From positions 2,369,037 through 2,433,036 of the forward strand of contig OZ243984.1 in the NCBI GenBank assembly GCA_965214905.1: a stretch of 64,000 nucleotides of DNA, given 5' to 3'. The translations under genes were made by a program, and so were the position numbers. The notes beneath the pieces were generated by a model. That model saw only the letters and a program-made list of their open reading frames with translations. It was not told the DNA's origin and made no database searches. Source of the stretch: an uncultured Candidatus Binatia bacterium (GTDB lineage Bacteria; Desulfobacterota; Binatia; UBA9968; JAJDTQ01). Positions 30,361 to 39,022 of the stretch are shown here, one piece after another. Numbering within the stretch: the stretch's first letter is position 1; every line of letters starts with the position of its first letter.

Positions 30361-30389
30361 AGGCTAAGGTGTAACCCGTTGGTTGTCAA
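30361..30389 (-). promoter_or_regulatory. Putative sigma70 promoter for the 83-aa ORF
   Basis: Minus-strand TTGACA-17 nt-TAGCCT. Confidence 0.5.
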
Positions 30390-30575
30390 CCCACCCCCCT
30401 TCGTGAGCGGCTTCCCCCTGCTCGGACCAGCGCTACGAGTGGAGCGAGGGACAAGGGGGGCCGCTGTCGCTTGCGGCGGTTCAGGCCGGACCGATAACTC
30501 GCCGCCGTCCTGGTGGTGGCAGGCGTCTTCTTTCTCTTCCAATCGCAGGGATGGCGGTGTCTCCAGCCAGTCAAA

Positions 30576-31763
30576 TCAGGATGAGCGCACCGGCTTGATT
30601 CTCGACAATCCAGCTAACGTCTCGTCAATGAGGCCCACAGCATCTTCGACGTCTTCGTCACTTGTATCGAAGCCGAGGCTGAAACGGATAGAAGCCTCGG
30701 CCTCGTCAATGTTCAGACCAATGGCCCTTAAGACATGCGAAGGCTCCGGGATACCGGAGGTGCAAGCCGAACCCGTTGAGGCCGCGAGTCGCGGTTGAAG
30801 CGTCCCCAAAGTGTCATGCGCGGCAAAACCCGCGAAGCGTACATTAGCGTTGCCCGGATGCCGGTCGCGACCTGCAGGGCCGTTTACCGCCATCGGCCAC
30901 GTCATGTCCTTCAGCTTTTCGATGAACGTGTCGCGCCGACGGCTCAGGTTCGCGCGCTTTTTCTCGGCGGTGTCGCCAACCAGCAAATCTGCCGCAGCCC
31001 CCATGCCGACGCAGAGTGGAACGGGAACGGTGCCTGAGCGCAAACCGTTTTGTTGGCCACCGCCGTAGATCAGGGGTTCGAACCTGTCTTGCAACGCGCG
31101 CGCGATATAGATGGCACCGATCCCTTTCGGCCCGTACATCTTGTGTGATGAGAGACTGAGAACATCAGTGTGCCTTCCTATTTCTTCGACGTTCATTGCA
31201 ACAGGCGCTTGTGCCGCATCGCAATGGAATAGTGCGCCGCAGTCTCTTACGAGCCGCGAGATTCCCTCTATCTCCTGTATGGTTCCGATCTCGTTGTTCA
31301 CCGCCATAACCGACACGGCGAGAACATCTTCGTCCAAGGTTGCTTCGAGAGCCGACAGCTTCACGAAGCCTTCGCCATCGACGGGGATCGACTCGACGAT
31401 GAACCCGTAGCACTCGTCCAGGACTTTTCCCACCGCCAACACGCATTTATGCTCGATGGCGCTCAGCAGAATTCGACGGCGCTTGCCGCCCGCCGCGTAG
31501 CGTCGGAGGCCGAGCAGAGCAAGATTGTTCGACTCGGTTGCCCCGGACGTGAATGTGATTTCGTTCGCGTCCACGCCGATCAGGTGTGCGACTCGCGCGG
31601 CGGCGTCCTCGACGGCTTGCGAAGATTCCCACCCGAGGCAATGATCCGACGAGTGCGGATTACCGAACGACTCGCTGAAATAGGGCGTCATTTCGGCAAA
31701 AACATGCGGATCGACCGGGGTCGTGGCCTGATGATCAAGGTAGATGATGTCCCCGATTTTCAT
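30576..31763 (-). CDS. sspA: Cysteine desulfurase of phosphorothioation system (SspA/DndA-type)
   Basis: YLDHQATTP, FTSGATESNN, HCDAAQ, SSHKMYGPKG (PLP Lys), STGSACTSG (catalytic Cys). Divergent from sspBCD. Confidence 0.85.
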   Translation of the reverse strand: MKIGDIIYLDHQATTPVDPHVFAEMTPYFSESFGNPHSSDHCLGWESSQAVEDAAARVAHLIGVDANEITFTSGATESNNLALLGLRRYAAGGKRRRILLSAIEHKCVLAVGKVLDECYGFIVESIPVDGEGFVKLSALEATLDEDVLAVSVMAVNNEIGTIQEIEGISRLVRDCGALFHCDAAQAPVAMNVEEIGRHTDVLSLSSHKMYGPKGIGAIYIARALQDRFEPLIYGGGQQNGLRSGTVPVPLCVGMGAAADLLVGDTAEKKRANLSRRRDTFIEKLKDMTWPMAVNGPAGRDRHPGNANVRFAGFAAHDTLGTLQPRLAASTGSACTSGIPEPSHVLRAIGLNIDEAEASIRFSLGFDTSDEDVEDAVGLIDETLAGLSRIKPVRSS

Positions 31764-31853
31764 TATAATTCAACGAGTTGGAATCACAAAGGCTTGCTGA
31801 TGGCCGGGTTCCGGCGACCTGTGCTTCTGGATGCATCGTCCAGTAGCTATCTG

Positions 31854-31883
31854 TTGACCATAGCCCAACTCGGCGGCTATAGT
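31854..31883 (+). promoter_or_regulatory. Putative sigma70 promoter for sspBCD
   Basis: TTGACC-18 nt-TATAGT, with ATAGCC-N9-GGCTAT spanning the spacer. Confidence 0.5.
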
Positions 31884-31919
31884 CGAACTGGAGGCATCAT
31901 CCAGTGACCGAGTGAGGGC

Positions 31920-32873
31920 ATGGCACGCGGTCCTTTATATCAAACAGGCTACATCCCGCAATTCTCGGGACACGAGACCTTCCCACTCCGCTACGGGTGG
32001 TTGAAGAAGGTGTACGACCGCGTCGCTGAAACCGAAGACCAACCCGGCAACAGGGCCGCCTGTTGGGACCACAACGCCATCGCGCGATTCGGCGTCGGCA
32101 AGAACATGGTCGCGTCGATGCGCCATTGGGCGAAAGCCACTGGTGTAATCCACGAGCCGGAAACGAGTTCCGTTCGAACGACGGAACTAGGCGCACTCCT
32201 GTTCGGCCCGGAAGGCATTGATCCGTATATGGAGCACCCCGCTACGCTGTGGCTGATCCATTGGCAGTTGGCGGCCCGGGAAGAGAAGACGACATGGTTC
32301 TGGGCATTCAGCCACTATCCCGCCGTCACCTTCGAGCGGGACGGGCTGATCAAGAGGCTCGACCGCCTTGCCAGGGACCGTAGTTGGCCTCAGCCCGCTG
32401 GCACTACCATAAGAAATGACGTCGCATGTTTCATTCGCACCTATGTTGCGCGGCAACTGTCCGGCAAGACCGGGTACGATGACGCGCTTGAATCACCTCT
32501 TACGGAACTCGGGCTGATCAAGGCCATCGGCAAGAAGGACGGCTTCCGCTTTGTGCGAGGCCCCAAGACGACATTGGGCGATGGTGTTTTTACCTATGCG
32601 CTGATCGCCTTCTGGTCGGGCTACGCTCCGAATGTCGCCACGCTCTCGTTCGAGGCCATCGCCCATGCGCCCGGCGGGCCTGGTCGCGTATTTCTTTTCG
32701 ATGAAAACGATGTGGCTGACCGCTTGGCGAGGCTGGAAGACGAGACGGACGGCGCGCTCCGCTGGACCGAAACCGCCGGGATAAAGCACGTTGAGCGCAA
32801 CGTCGAAATCAGTAAAGAGGTGGCCTTGGCGCGGATTCGAGGCGATTATGGTGTGGCTATCGAGGAGGCATAA
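31920..32873 (+). CDS. sspB: DUF4007 family protein (SspB nickase-like)
   Basis: FSGHETFPLRYGWLKK, FGVGKNMVASMRHW, DPYME..TLWLIHW, ESPLTELGLI. Confidence 0.85.
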   Translation: MARGPLYQTGYIPQFSGHETFPLRYGWLKKVYDRVAETEDQPGNRAACWDHNAIARFGVGKNMVASMRHWAKATGVIHEPETSSVRTTELGALLFGPEGIDPYMEHPATLWLIHWQLAAREEKTTWFWAFSHYPAVTFERDGLIKRLDRLARDRSWPQPAGTTIRNDVACFIRTYVARQLSGKTGYDDALESPLTELGLIKAIGKKDGFRFVRGPKTTLGDGVFTYALIAFWSGYAPNVATLSFEAIAHAPGGPGRVFLFDENDVADRLARLEDETDGALRWTETAGIKHVERNVEISKEVALARIRGDYGVAIEEA

Positions 32874-35800
32874 TGGCGCTCAACGAACGTGTCCAGATCG
32901 CCCGTCGTTTTCTCAGATCGATCCGTATTGATGCCGATCTCGGTGACGCGGCCGCCCTTGAAGGATTCGTTTGTCCACAGTCATCCGCCGATGTTCTGGC
33001 AACGATGGCGCGCCACGTCGCCGAAACGGGCCAGGGAGCATTCACGTGGACAGGTCCCTACGGCAGCGGCAAATCGAGCCTCGTCGTGGCCCTGAGCGCC
33101 TTGCTGAACGGTAAGGCCGGTTTGCAGAAGGAGGCCGCCGGGGTTTTTGGAGAGAATCTGGCGAAAACGATCCGGACCGCGTTACCGACCGGCACGAAGG
33201 GATGGCGCATTCTTCCCGTCGTCGCGCGTCGCGACGACCCCATCGCGGTCATCGGCGAGGCCGTGAAGCGAACAGGACTCGTGGCACGGCAGCCACGCGA
33301 CGGCTGGACTGAAAGCAATCTGATCGACACCCTGACCGAGGCTGCTGCATCCAAGCCGAAGACCCACGGCGGGCTACTCCTGGTCATCGACGAGTTGGGT
33401 AAGTTTCTGGAGGCTGCCGCGCGGGATGGCTCCGACATCTACATCCTCCAGCAGCTTGCCGAAGCCGCGTCGCGAAGCAAGGGGCGTTTTCTTGTCGTCG
33501 GCGTGTTGCACCAAGCGTTCGAGGAATACGCCCATCGCCTCTCGCACGAAATGCGCGACGAGTGGGCGAAGGTTCAGGGGCGTTTCATCGACCTCGTCGT
33601 CAACACCGCGGTTGAAGAGCAAATCGACCTGATTTCACGCGCCATCGAGAGTGACTATTGTCCAAAGAAGCCCGGCCCGCTCGCATCCGCCGTCGCCGGT
33701 TTCGCACGTCGCGAGCGCGCTGGTGACGTGGCACGGCTCGCCGCAATACTGGAAGCATGCTGGCCACTGCATCCCGTTGTCGCTTGTATGCTTGGACCGA
33801 TATCGCGACGGCGATTCGGACAAAATCAGCGCAGCATATTCGGTTTCCTGAATTCCTCCGAACCGCACGGATTTCAGGACTATCTGAACCATGACGAGGA
33901 CGGCGAGTTGTACGGACCCGACCGGCTTTGGGACTATCTCCGCGCCAACCTGGAACCGTCCATCCTCGCTTCGCCGGACGGACATCGGTGGGCCTTGGCA
34001 GTGGAAGCGATCGAACGATGCGAATCCATTGGCGGCGACGCCCTTCATGTCAGGTTACTCAAGGCAATCGCCGTCATGGACCTCTTCAAGGAGCGCTCGG
34101 GCCTCATGGCAAATTCCGACCTGCTGCGCACCTGTTTCCAGGGTACATCGGACAAGGCGCTTGAAACGGCGCTCTCGCAACTGGACGCATGGTCGTTCAC
34201 GATCTTCAAGAAATTCCTCGACGCACGCGCCATCTTCGCAGGGAGCGATTTTGATATTGATCGAGCGGTGCGGGCCGCGCTCGCCGAGTTTGACGAGGTG
34301 GATCTCACCGAGTTGAAATCCGTCGCGGGACTTCAGCCGATCCTTGCCAAGCGCCACTATCATGACACCGGCGCACTGAGGTGGTTCGACGTAAACGTCG
34401 TGCCAATCAGCGGCCTCGTCGAATTTGCCACGAGGTTCGAGCCGCAGAACGGCGCAATAGGACAATTTCTGCTGGCGATTCCGACCGCGGGAGAGAGCGA
34501 GGACTGCGCCGAGGACCTGTGCCGCAAAGCCGCACGGCAAAGCGGTGCATGGGATATCGTCGTCGGGATTTCGAAGAGGTCATGGGCGGTTGTGTCCCTG
34601 GCGCGCGAGCTGTTTGCGCTTGTAAGTGTCAGCAACGATCACCCGGAACTCGCGGGCGATTCCGTTGCGCGGCGGGAAGTCTCCGCTCGCCTTGCGGCCT
34701 TGCAGGCCCTGCTGGAAATCGAACTACGCAAGGCATTCGACAGTGCGCTGTGGTTCCGGAAAAGCTACCAGCCCAAATCCCTGCGGCAGGCCGAACTGAA
34801 CAGCCTTGCCTCCGACTTGGCAGACTGCCGCTTCGCGAAGTCGCCGCGGCTGCATAACGAATTGCTGAGTCGGCAGAAACCGTCAAGCAATGCCATCGCA
34901 GCACAGAACGCCCTGTTGCACCGCATGGTCCTGAACAAGGGCGAGGCTCGCCTTGGTATCAAAGGGTACCCGGCCGAGGGTGGACTGTTCGAATCCGTCC
35001 TGGAAGCGACTGGGCTCTATGCCCGGGAAGGCAAAGGGTGGCGATTCGTTGCCCCGACGAATGGTTCAGATCCTTGCCACCTCGCCCCGCTGTGGACTGT
35101 CGCGCTCGACTATGTGAAGGAACGCGCCTCGCGCACCGTCGCGGTGGCCGAGCTGTTTGATCTATGGGGCAGGCCGCCCTTTGGAGTGAAGGCCGGCCTC
35201 ATGCCGATCCTCGTTGTCGCATTCGTCCTGTCCCAGCACAAAAAGCTGGCGGCCTACCGGAATGGCATATTCAGGACCAAGTTCGACGACGTGGACGTGG
35301 AGTATCTGGCCAAGGACCCGAGCGTCATCCGGTTGCGCTGGATGGACCTGACCGATGTCGCACGCCGCCTGTTGTCGGGTATCGCTCAGGTAGTCCGCGA
35401 TCTCGATGACGAGAACGAGCTTGTTCACCTGGAGCCCATCGACGTCGCGCGTGGCCTTGTCGGGATCTACGACCGCCTTCCTCGATGGACGGGTCTAACG
35501 ATGCGACTATCATCGAATGCTGTGAAGATTCGCGATTTGTTCAAACGGGCGCACGATCCCAACCAATTCCTATTCGACGACATACCGACAACGCTTGGCG
35601 AAGACGTTTCGCCTGCCAATGACGACGGTTTGCACCGCGTCGTCGCCAGCATCCGCGAAGGCTTGGATGAGCTGGTACGGGCCTACCCGTCGATGCTTCA
35701 CCGCTTGCGCGATATCACGCTGGAGGAATTGCAGGTTCCCAACGTCTCTCCGCCGTCCCTGGTGGAATTGCGCGAGCGCGCCGAGAATATCAGGCAGCTT

Positions 35801-36262
35801 GCCGGAGACTTCCGGCTCGACGCCTTCGTCGGCCGACTGGCACAGTTCGACGGTTCGGACGAGAGTTTCGAGGGGATTGCGAGTCTTGCCGCGAACAAGC
35901 CGCCGCGTGAATGGGTCGATCCCGATATAGACCGTGCGATAATCGAGCTCGCCGACATGGCACAGAAATTCCTCCGGGCCGAGACGTATGCGCGCGTTCA
36001 AGGCCGCCGCGACAAGCGCCAAGCCATGGCCGTTATCATCGGGTCGGTCGGTCGGCCGGCACCGCAGTTCGAAGAATTCGACATTACGGACTCCGACCGT
36101 GTTGCGGTCAACGATCTCATCGAGCGTGTCACGGCTTCGTTGACGGAAGCCGACACTAGCCGGCGCAGCATCATTCTCGCGGCGTTAGCGGAACTCAGCA
36201 CGCGCTACATGCAAAATTCTCCGCTTGTACAAAAGAAAGGAAACGGGAGGGTCGCTTCTTGA
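32873..36262 (+). CDS. sspC: SspC-type large ATPase
   Basis: FLRSIRID, Walker A GPYGSGKSS, Walker B IDELGKFLE, EWAKVQGRF, FGQNQRSIFGFL, PPFGVKAG. TAATG coupling to sspB. Confidence 0.82.
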   Translation: MALNERVQIARRFLRSIRIDADLGDAAALEGFVCPQSSADVLATMARHVAETGQGAFTWTGPYGSGKSSLVVALSALLNGKAGLQKEAAGVFGENLAKTIRTALPTGTKGWRILPVVARRDDPIAVIGEAVKRTGLVARQPRDGWTESNLIDTLTEAAASKPKTHGGLLLVIDELGKFLEAAARDGSDIYILQQLAEAASRSKGRFLVVGVLHQAFEEYAHRLSHEMRDEWAKVQGRFIDLVVNTAVEEQIDLISRAIESDYCPKKPGPLASAVAGFARRERAGDVARLAAILEACWPLHPVVACMLGPISRRRFGQNQRSIFGFLNSSEPHGFQDYLNHDEDGELYGPDRLWDYLRANLEPSILASPDGHRWALAVEAIERCESIGGDALHVRLLKAIAVMDLFKERSGLMANSDLLRTCFQGTSDKALETALSQLDAWSFTIFKKFLDARAIFAGSDFDIDRAVRAALAEFDEVDLTELKSVAGLQPILAKRHYHDTGALRWFDVNVVPISGLVEFATRFEPQNGAIGQFLLAIPTAGESEDCAEDLCRKAARQSGAWDIVVGISKRSWAVVSLARELFALVSVSNDHPELAGDSVARREVSARLAALQALLEIELRKAFDSALWFRKSYQPKSLRQAELNSLASDLADCRFAKSPRLHNELLSRQKPSSNAIAAQNALLHRMVLNKGEARLGIKGYPAEGGLFESVLEATGLYAREGKGWRFVAPTNGSDPCHLAPLWTVALDYVKERASRTVAVAELFDLWGRPPFGVKAGLMPILVVAFVLSQHKKLAAYRNGIFRTKFDDVDVEYLAKDPSVIRLRWMDLTDVARRLLSGIAQVVRDLDDENELVHLEPIDVARGLVGIYDRLPRWTGLTMRLSSNAVKIRDLFKRAHDPNQFLFDDIPTTLGEDVSPANDDGLHRVVASIREGLDELVRAYPSMLHRLRDITLEELQVPNVSPPSLVELRERAENIRQLAGDFRLDAFVGRLAQFDGSDESFEGIASLAANKPPREWVDPDIDRAIIELADMAQKFLRAETYARVQGRRDKRQAMAVIIGSVGRPAPQFEEFDITDSDRVAVNDLIERVTASLTEADTSRRSIILAALAELSTRYMQNSPLVQKKGNGRVAS

Positions 36263-37098
36263 TGACCGATCCTGTGAAACACGTACTTGGCCTGTCCGGG
36301 GGACGCGACAGCGCGGCGCTCGCGGTTTACATGCGACAGCGCTATCCGGAACTCGAAATCGAATACTTTTTTACGGATACGGGCAAGGAACTGCCCGAGG
36401 TCTACGAATATCTCGGGCGGCTGGAAGGATTTCTCGGTCAACCGATACGCAAGCTGAACCCCGACCGTGACTTCGACTTCTGGCTCAAGCAGTACAACGA
36501 TTTTCTTCCCTCGCCACGCTCGCGCTGGTGCACCCGGCAGCTCAAACTCCGTCCGTTCGAGCACTGGCTTCGCCCGATTCTGTCCGAGGGGAGGATAGTC
36601 TATAGTTACGTCGCGATCCGCAGTGACGAGGAATACCGCGAAGGTTACTCTTCCAGACATGACAATCTAGTCATCAAGCTACCGTTCAAACAGGCGGGGA
36701 TCGGCAAGGCCGGCGTTCTTGAAATACTCGACGGAGCCGGCCTCGGTCTACCCGAATACTACTCCTGGCGCACACGTAGCGGCTGCACTTTCTGCTTTTT
36801 CCAGCAAAAGATCGAATGGGTGCGTCTGAGGGAACAGCATCCCGAAGCCTTCGAAGAGGCCAAGGCTTACGAGAAGGACGCGGTCGCCCACGGCTCGCCG
36901 TTTACGTGGAGTCAAGGCGAGTCACTGGAAGAGTTGGCGAAACCGGACCGCATCGCGCAGATCAGGGCTGATCACGAAAAGCGGCTCGCCCGTGTGCGGT
37001 CCAATGTTCAGCCCAACCCGCTAAGGCCCGACAGCGAACCGCTCGACATCGACGACCTGTACGGGCAGGCGAAGGTGTGTCTTGCCTGCCACAAATAG
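36259..37098 (+). CDS. sspD: PAPS reductase family protein (SspD)
   Basis: PP-loop SGGRDS, DTGKELPE, RWCTRQLK, RSGCTFCFFQ, terminal CLACHK. Overlaps the sspC stop. Confidence 0.85.
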   Translation: MMTDPVKHVLGLSGGRDSAALAVYMRQRYPELEIEYFFTDTGKELPEVYEYLGRLEGFLGQPIRKLNPDRDFDFWLKQYNDFLPSPRSRWCTRQLKLRPFEHWLRPILSEGRIVYSYVAIRSDEEYREGYSSRHDNLVIKLPFKQAGIGKAGVLEILDGAGLGLPEYYSWRTRSGCTFCFFQQKIEWVRLREQHPEAFEEAKAYEKDAVAHGSPFTWSQGESLEELAKPDRIAQIRADHEKRLARVRSNVQPNPLRPDSEPLDIDDLYGQAKVCLACHK

Positions 37099-37111
37099 GT
37101 CTCAGGAGCAC

Positions 37112-39022
37112 TCAGGAGCCGTTTTGGTCCCCGTCTTCGCCAGCGATATCCGTCACTTTGACGATCAACGCCGCTTTACGGATTTCGCCGACGATATCGC
37201 TTCCTTCGTCGAATTCGCCGCCTCGGATGACCGCGGCATAGACCTTATTGTCATTCGCCTTGATGATCTTCCTGCCTGCGTCAGTGGACATCTCGATCTC
37301 GCCCCGCTCGAACCTCGTGAAGAAGCCGCGGTCCGCCTTTACGGCTGCAAGGGAGGCCCGGGCGGAGTCCTGAACGGCATCCTCACCCAACGCCTGCAAA
37401 GCCTGTTCTATGTGATCACAAGTTTGCTCCGTCAGGACCAACCGGTGTACCGGCTGCGGGCTTTTGCCACGCCCGACATAGCAGGCAGCGGAGTCGATCT
37501 GCTCGACAGCAAGTTTACGCGCCTTGCAGTCGCTCCCTACGTAGAACAACGAGACGGCAACCGGGAACGGGACCGGCAGGTTGGCGGGCCGACCTATTCG
37601 GCCTAGGTCCGCAAGGAGCATTTGCTGAATTTCGATTGCGTAGAGTTCCCGAAGCCGGCCGATACGCTTTAGACTGGCGTCCTCCCCGACCAACCTGTCT
37701 AGCTCGTCCCACTCCAGACTTCTGACATTCTTGAGGTTCCACCTGATCCACTTCCGCCCCTCGTCGGGCAGTATTATAATGGCCGTTCTGACCGGGCCGG
37801 CCTTGTAGGACCAATTCTTGGGCTGAAGCTCTTCGAGCGTGCCTGAAAGCAGCATGACGCGCTCGGCACCGTCGCGCACAAGATCACATGCCGGACTCAC
37901 GACCAGCGAAACAGCATCACCGCAACCATCCCCCTCATCGGCCTTCCAACGCAGCACATCGCCAAACTGCAATTGCGCCTTGTCTTCGTTCACCGAAAGA
38001 CACAGGCGATCCGGGTGCAAAAACACCATGCGGTGCACGAGTTCCTGTAAATCTGGTGAACCGGCCAGATGAGGGGCCGGGTATTTTCCCAGTTCGATTT
38101 TATTCAGCTCCAGAGCCGACGCAATCGTATTGTCGTCATCTTCTATCTCATGCTGCAAAACCCGGTCGGCAACATCGAGAAGATACTCACCGAGGCTCTG
38201 GCCCTCGAAGTCAAGCAGCAGCGCCCGCACTTGTGCAAGGTCCGACAAATCCAGACGGCGCAGGATACGGACAAAACTCTGCCGTGCATGGTCGAGGCCC
38301 CTGTCCCACGCATGGACGAAGCCAGCGACACGTTTTGCGTCCTCGTAGTGATTCGCAAGCCTCGTCAGCAGGGTCTCCAGCGTTCCTTTTTTAGCGAGGT
38401 CGGCTTTGCTGACAACACGAAACGTGGACCCTAAGAGTCCCGCCGTATCCCGAAACTCGTTTCGTTTTTCCTGAAGCTGGGGACTACGTGACATGAGGAC
38501 GACGAGAGGCGGGGTCTGCACACGGCCTTCGACCAGTTCCCCGACACGTCGGACCGCTCGGTCCATATCGTCTTCGGACTGGTGAAAGCCCAGGAACAGG
38601 TCGATAAAGATCAGCTCTGCTTGCTTCGCTCTCTCGTCAAGTTCGCGCCCCATCGTTGTGCAGACAAGTCCCAGTGCTTCCAGTGCGGTGACGAGGGCAT
38701 CGAGGCCCGCACGTTCCGTAGTCTTCGTCTCAGCATAATCGCGGAACAGGTGATCGCTAGTCGCGTTCGGCAGCTTCGCTCGGTTGTCCCAAACTACCGT
38801 GATGAACGCCTGCGATGCCTTCAACTCTTCAGCCGATGCTTCTTCATACCCCTCATGCAATTCCTTGAGCAGCTCGTTTCCGGTATCGCCAAGGTCATCG
38901 AAGAAATTCGACCAGTCACCATCATTGAGTTCGTCGGGACGCGGAACGGCGTCAAACACGTCGTCTATGACGACGGCGCGTGTGATTCCCCGTGCTGCGA
39001 GACGATCCTTCAGTTCCGTCAT
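37112..39022 (-). CDS. Large response-regulator receiver-domain protein
   Basis: REC-like elements AVVIDD, LIFIDLFLG, LVVLMSRS and VSKADL, split by an insert. C-terminal GDVL..LVVSPACDLVR domain. ATGA-coupled to the upstream kinase. Confidence 0.65.
   Translation of the reverse strand: MTELKDRLAARGITRAVVIDDVFDAVPRPDELNDGDWSNFFDDLGDTGNELLKELHEGYEEASAEELKASQAFITVVWDNRAKLPNATSDHLFRDYAETKTTERAGLDALVTALEALGLVCTTMGRELDERAKQAELIFIDLFLGFHQSEDDMDRAVRRVGELVEGRVQTPPLVVLMSRSPQLQEKRNEFRDTAGLLGSTFRVVSKADLAKKGTLETLLTRLANHYEDAKRVAGFVHAWDRGLDHARQSFVRILRRLDLSDLAQVRALLLDFEGQSLGEYLLDVADRVLQHEIEDDDNTIASALELNKIELGKYPAPHLAGSPDLQELVHRMVFLHPDRLCLSVNEDKAQLQFGDVLRWKADEGDGCGDAVSLVVSPACDLVRDGAERVMLLSGTLEELQPKNWSYKAGPVRTAIIILPDEGRKWIRWNLKNVRSLEWDELDRLVGEDASLKRIGRLRELYAIEIQQMLLADLGRIGRPANLPVPFPVAVSLFYVGSDCKARKLAVEQIDSAACYVGRGKSPQPVHRLVLTEQTCDHIEQALQALGEDAVQDSARASLAAVKADRGFFTRFERGEIEMSTDAGRKIIKANDNKVYAAVIRGGEFDEGSDIVGEIRKAALIVKVTDIAGEDGDQNGS

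Noticed and set aside
30576-31763. Housekeeping iscS
   Set aside because: No iscR/iscU or suf neighbours. It shares the island's composition and is adjacent to sspB.
31920-37098. BREX type 4 interpretation (DUF4007, BrxC-like ATPase, PAPS reductase)
   Set aside because: No PglZ or BrxL gene is visible. The order B-C-D plus a cysteine desulfurase fits SspABCD better.
37079-37098. C-terminal CLACHK of SspD as a heme-c site
   Set aside because: Cytoplasmic protein with no signal peptide. More plausibly a metal or sulfur-transfer Cys motif.
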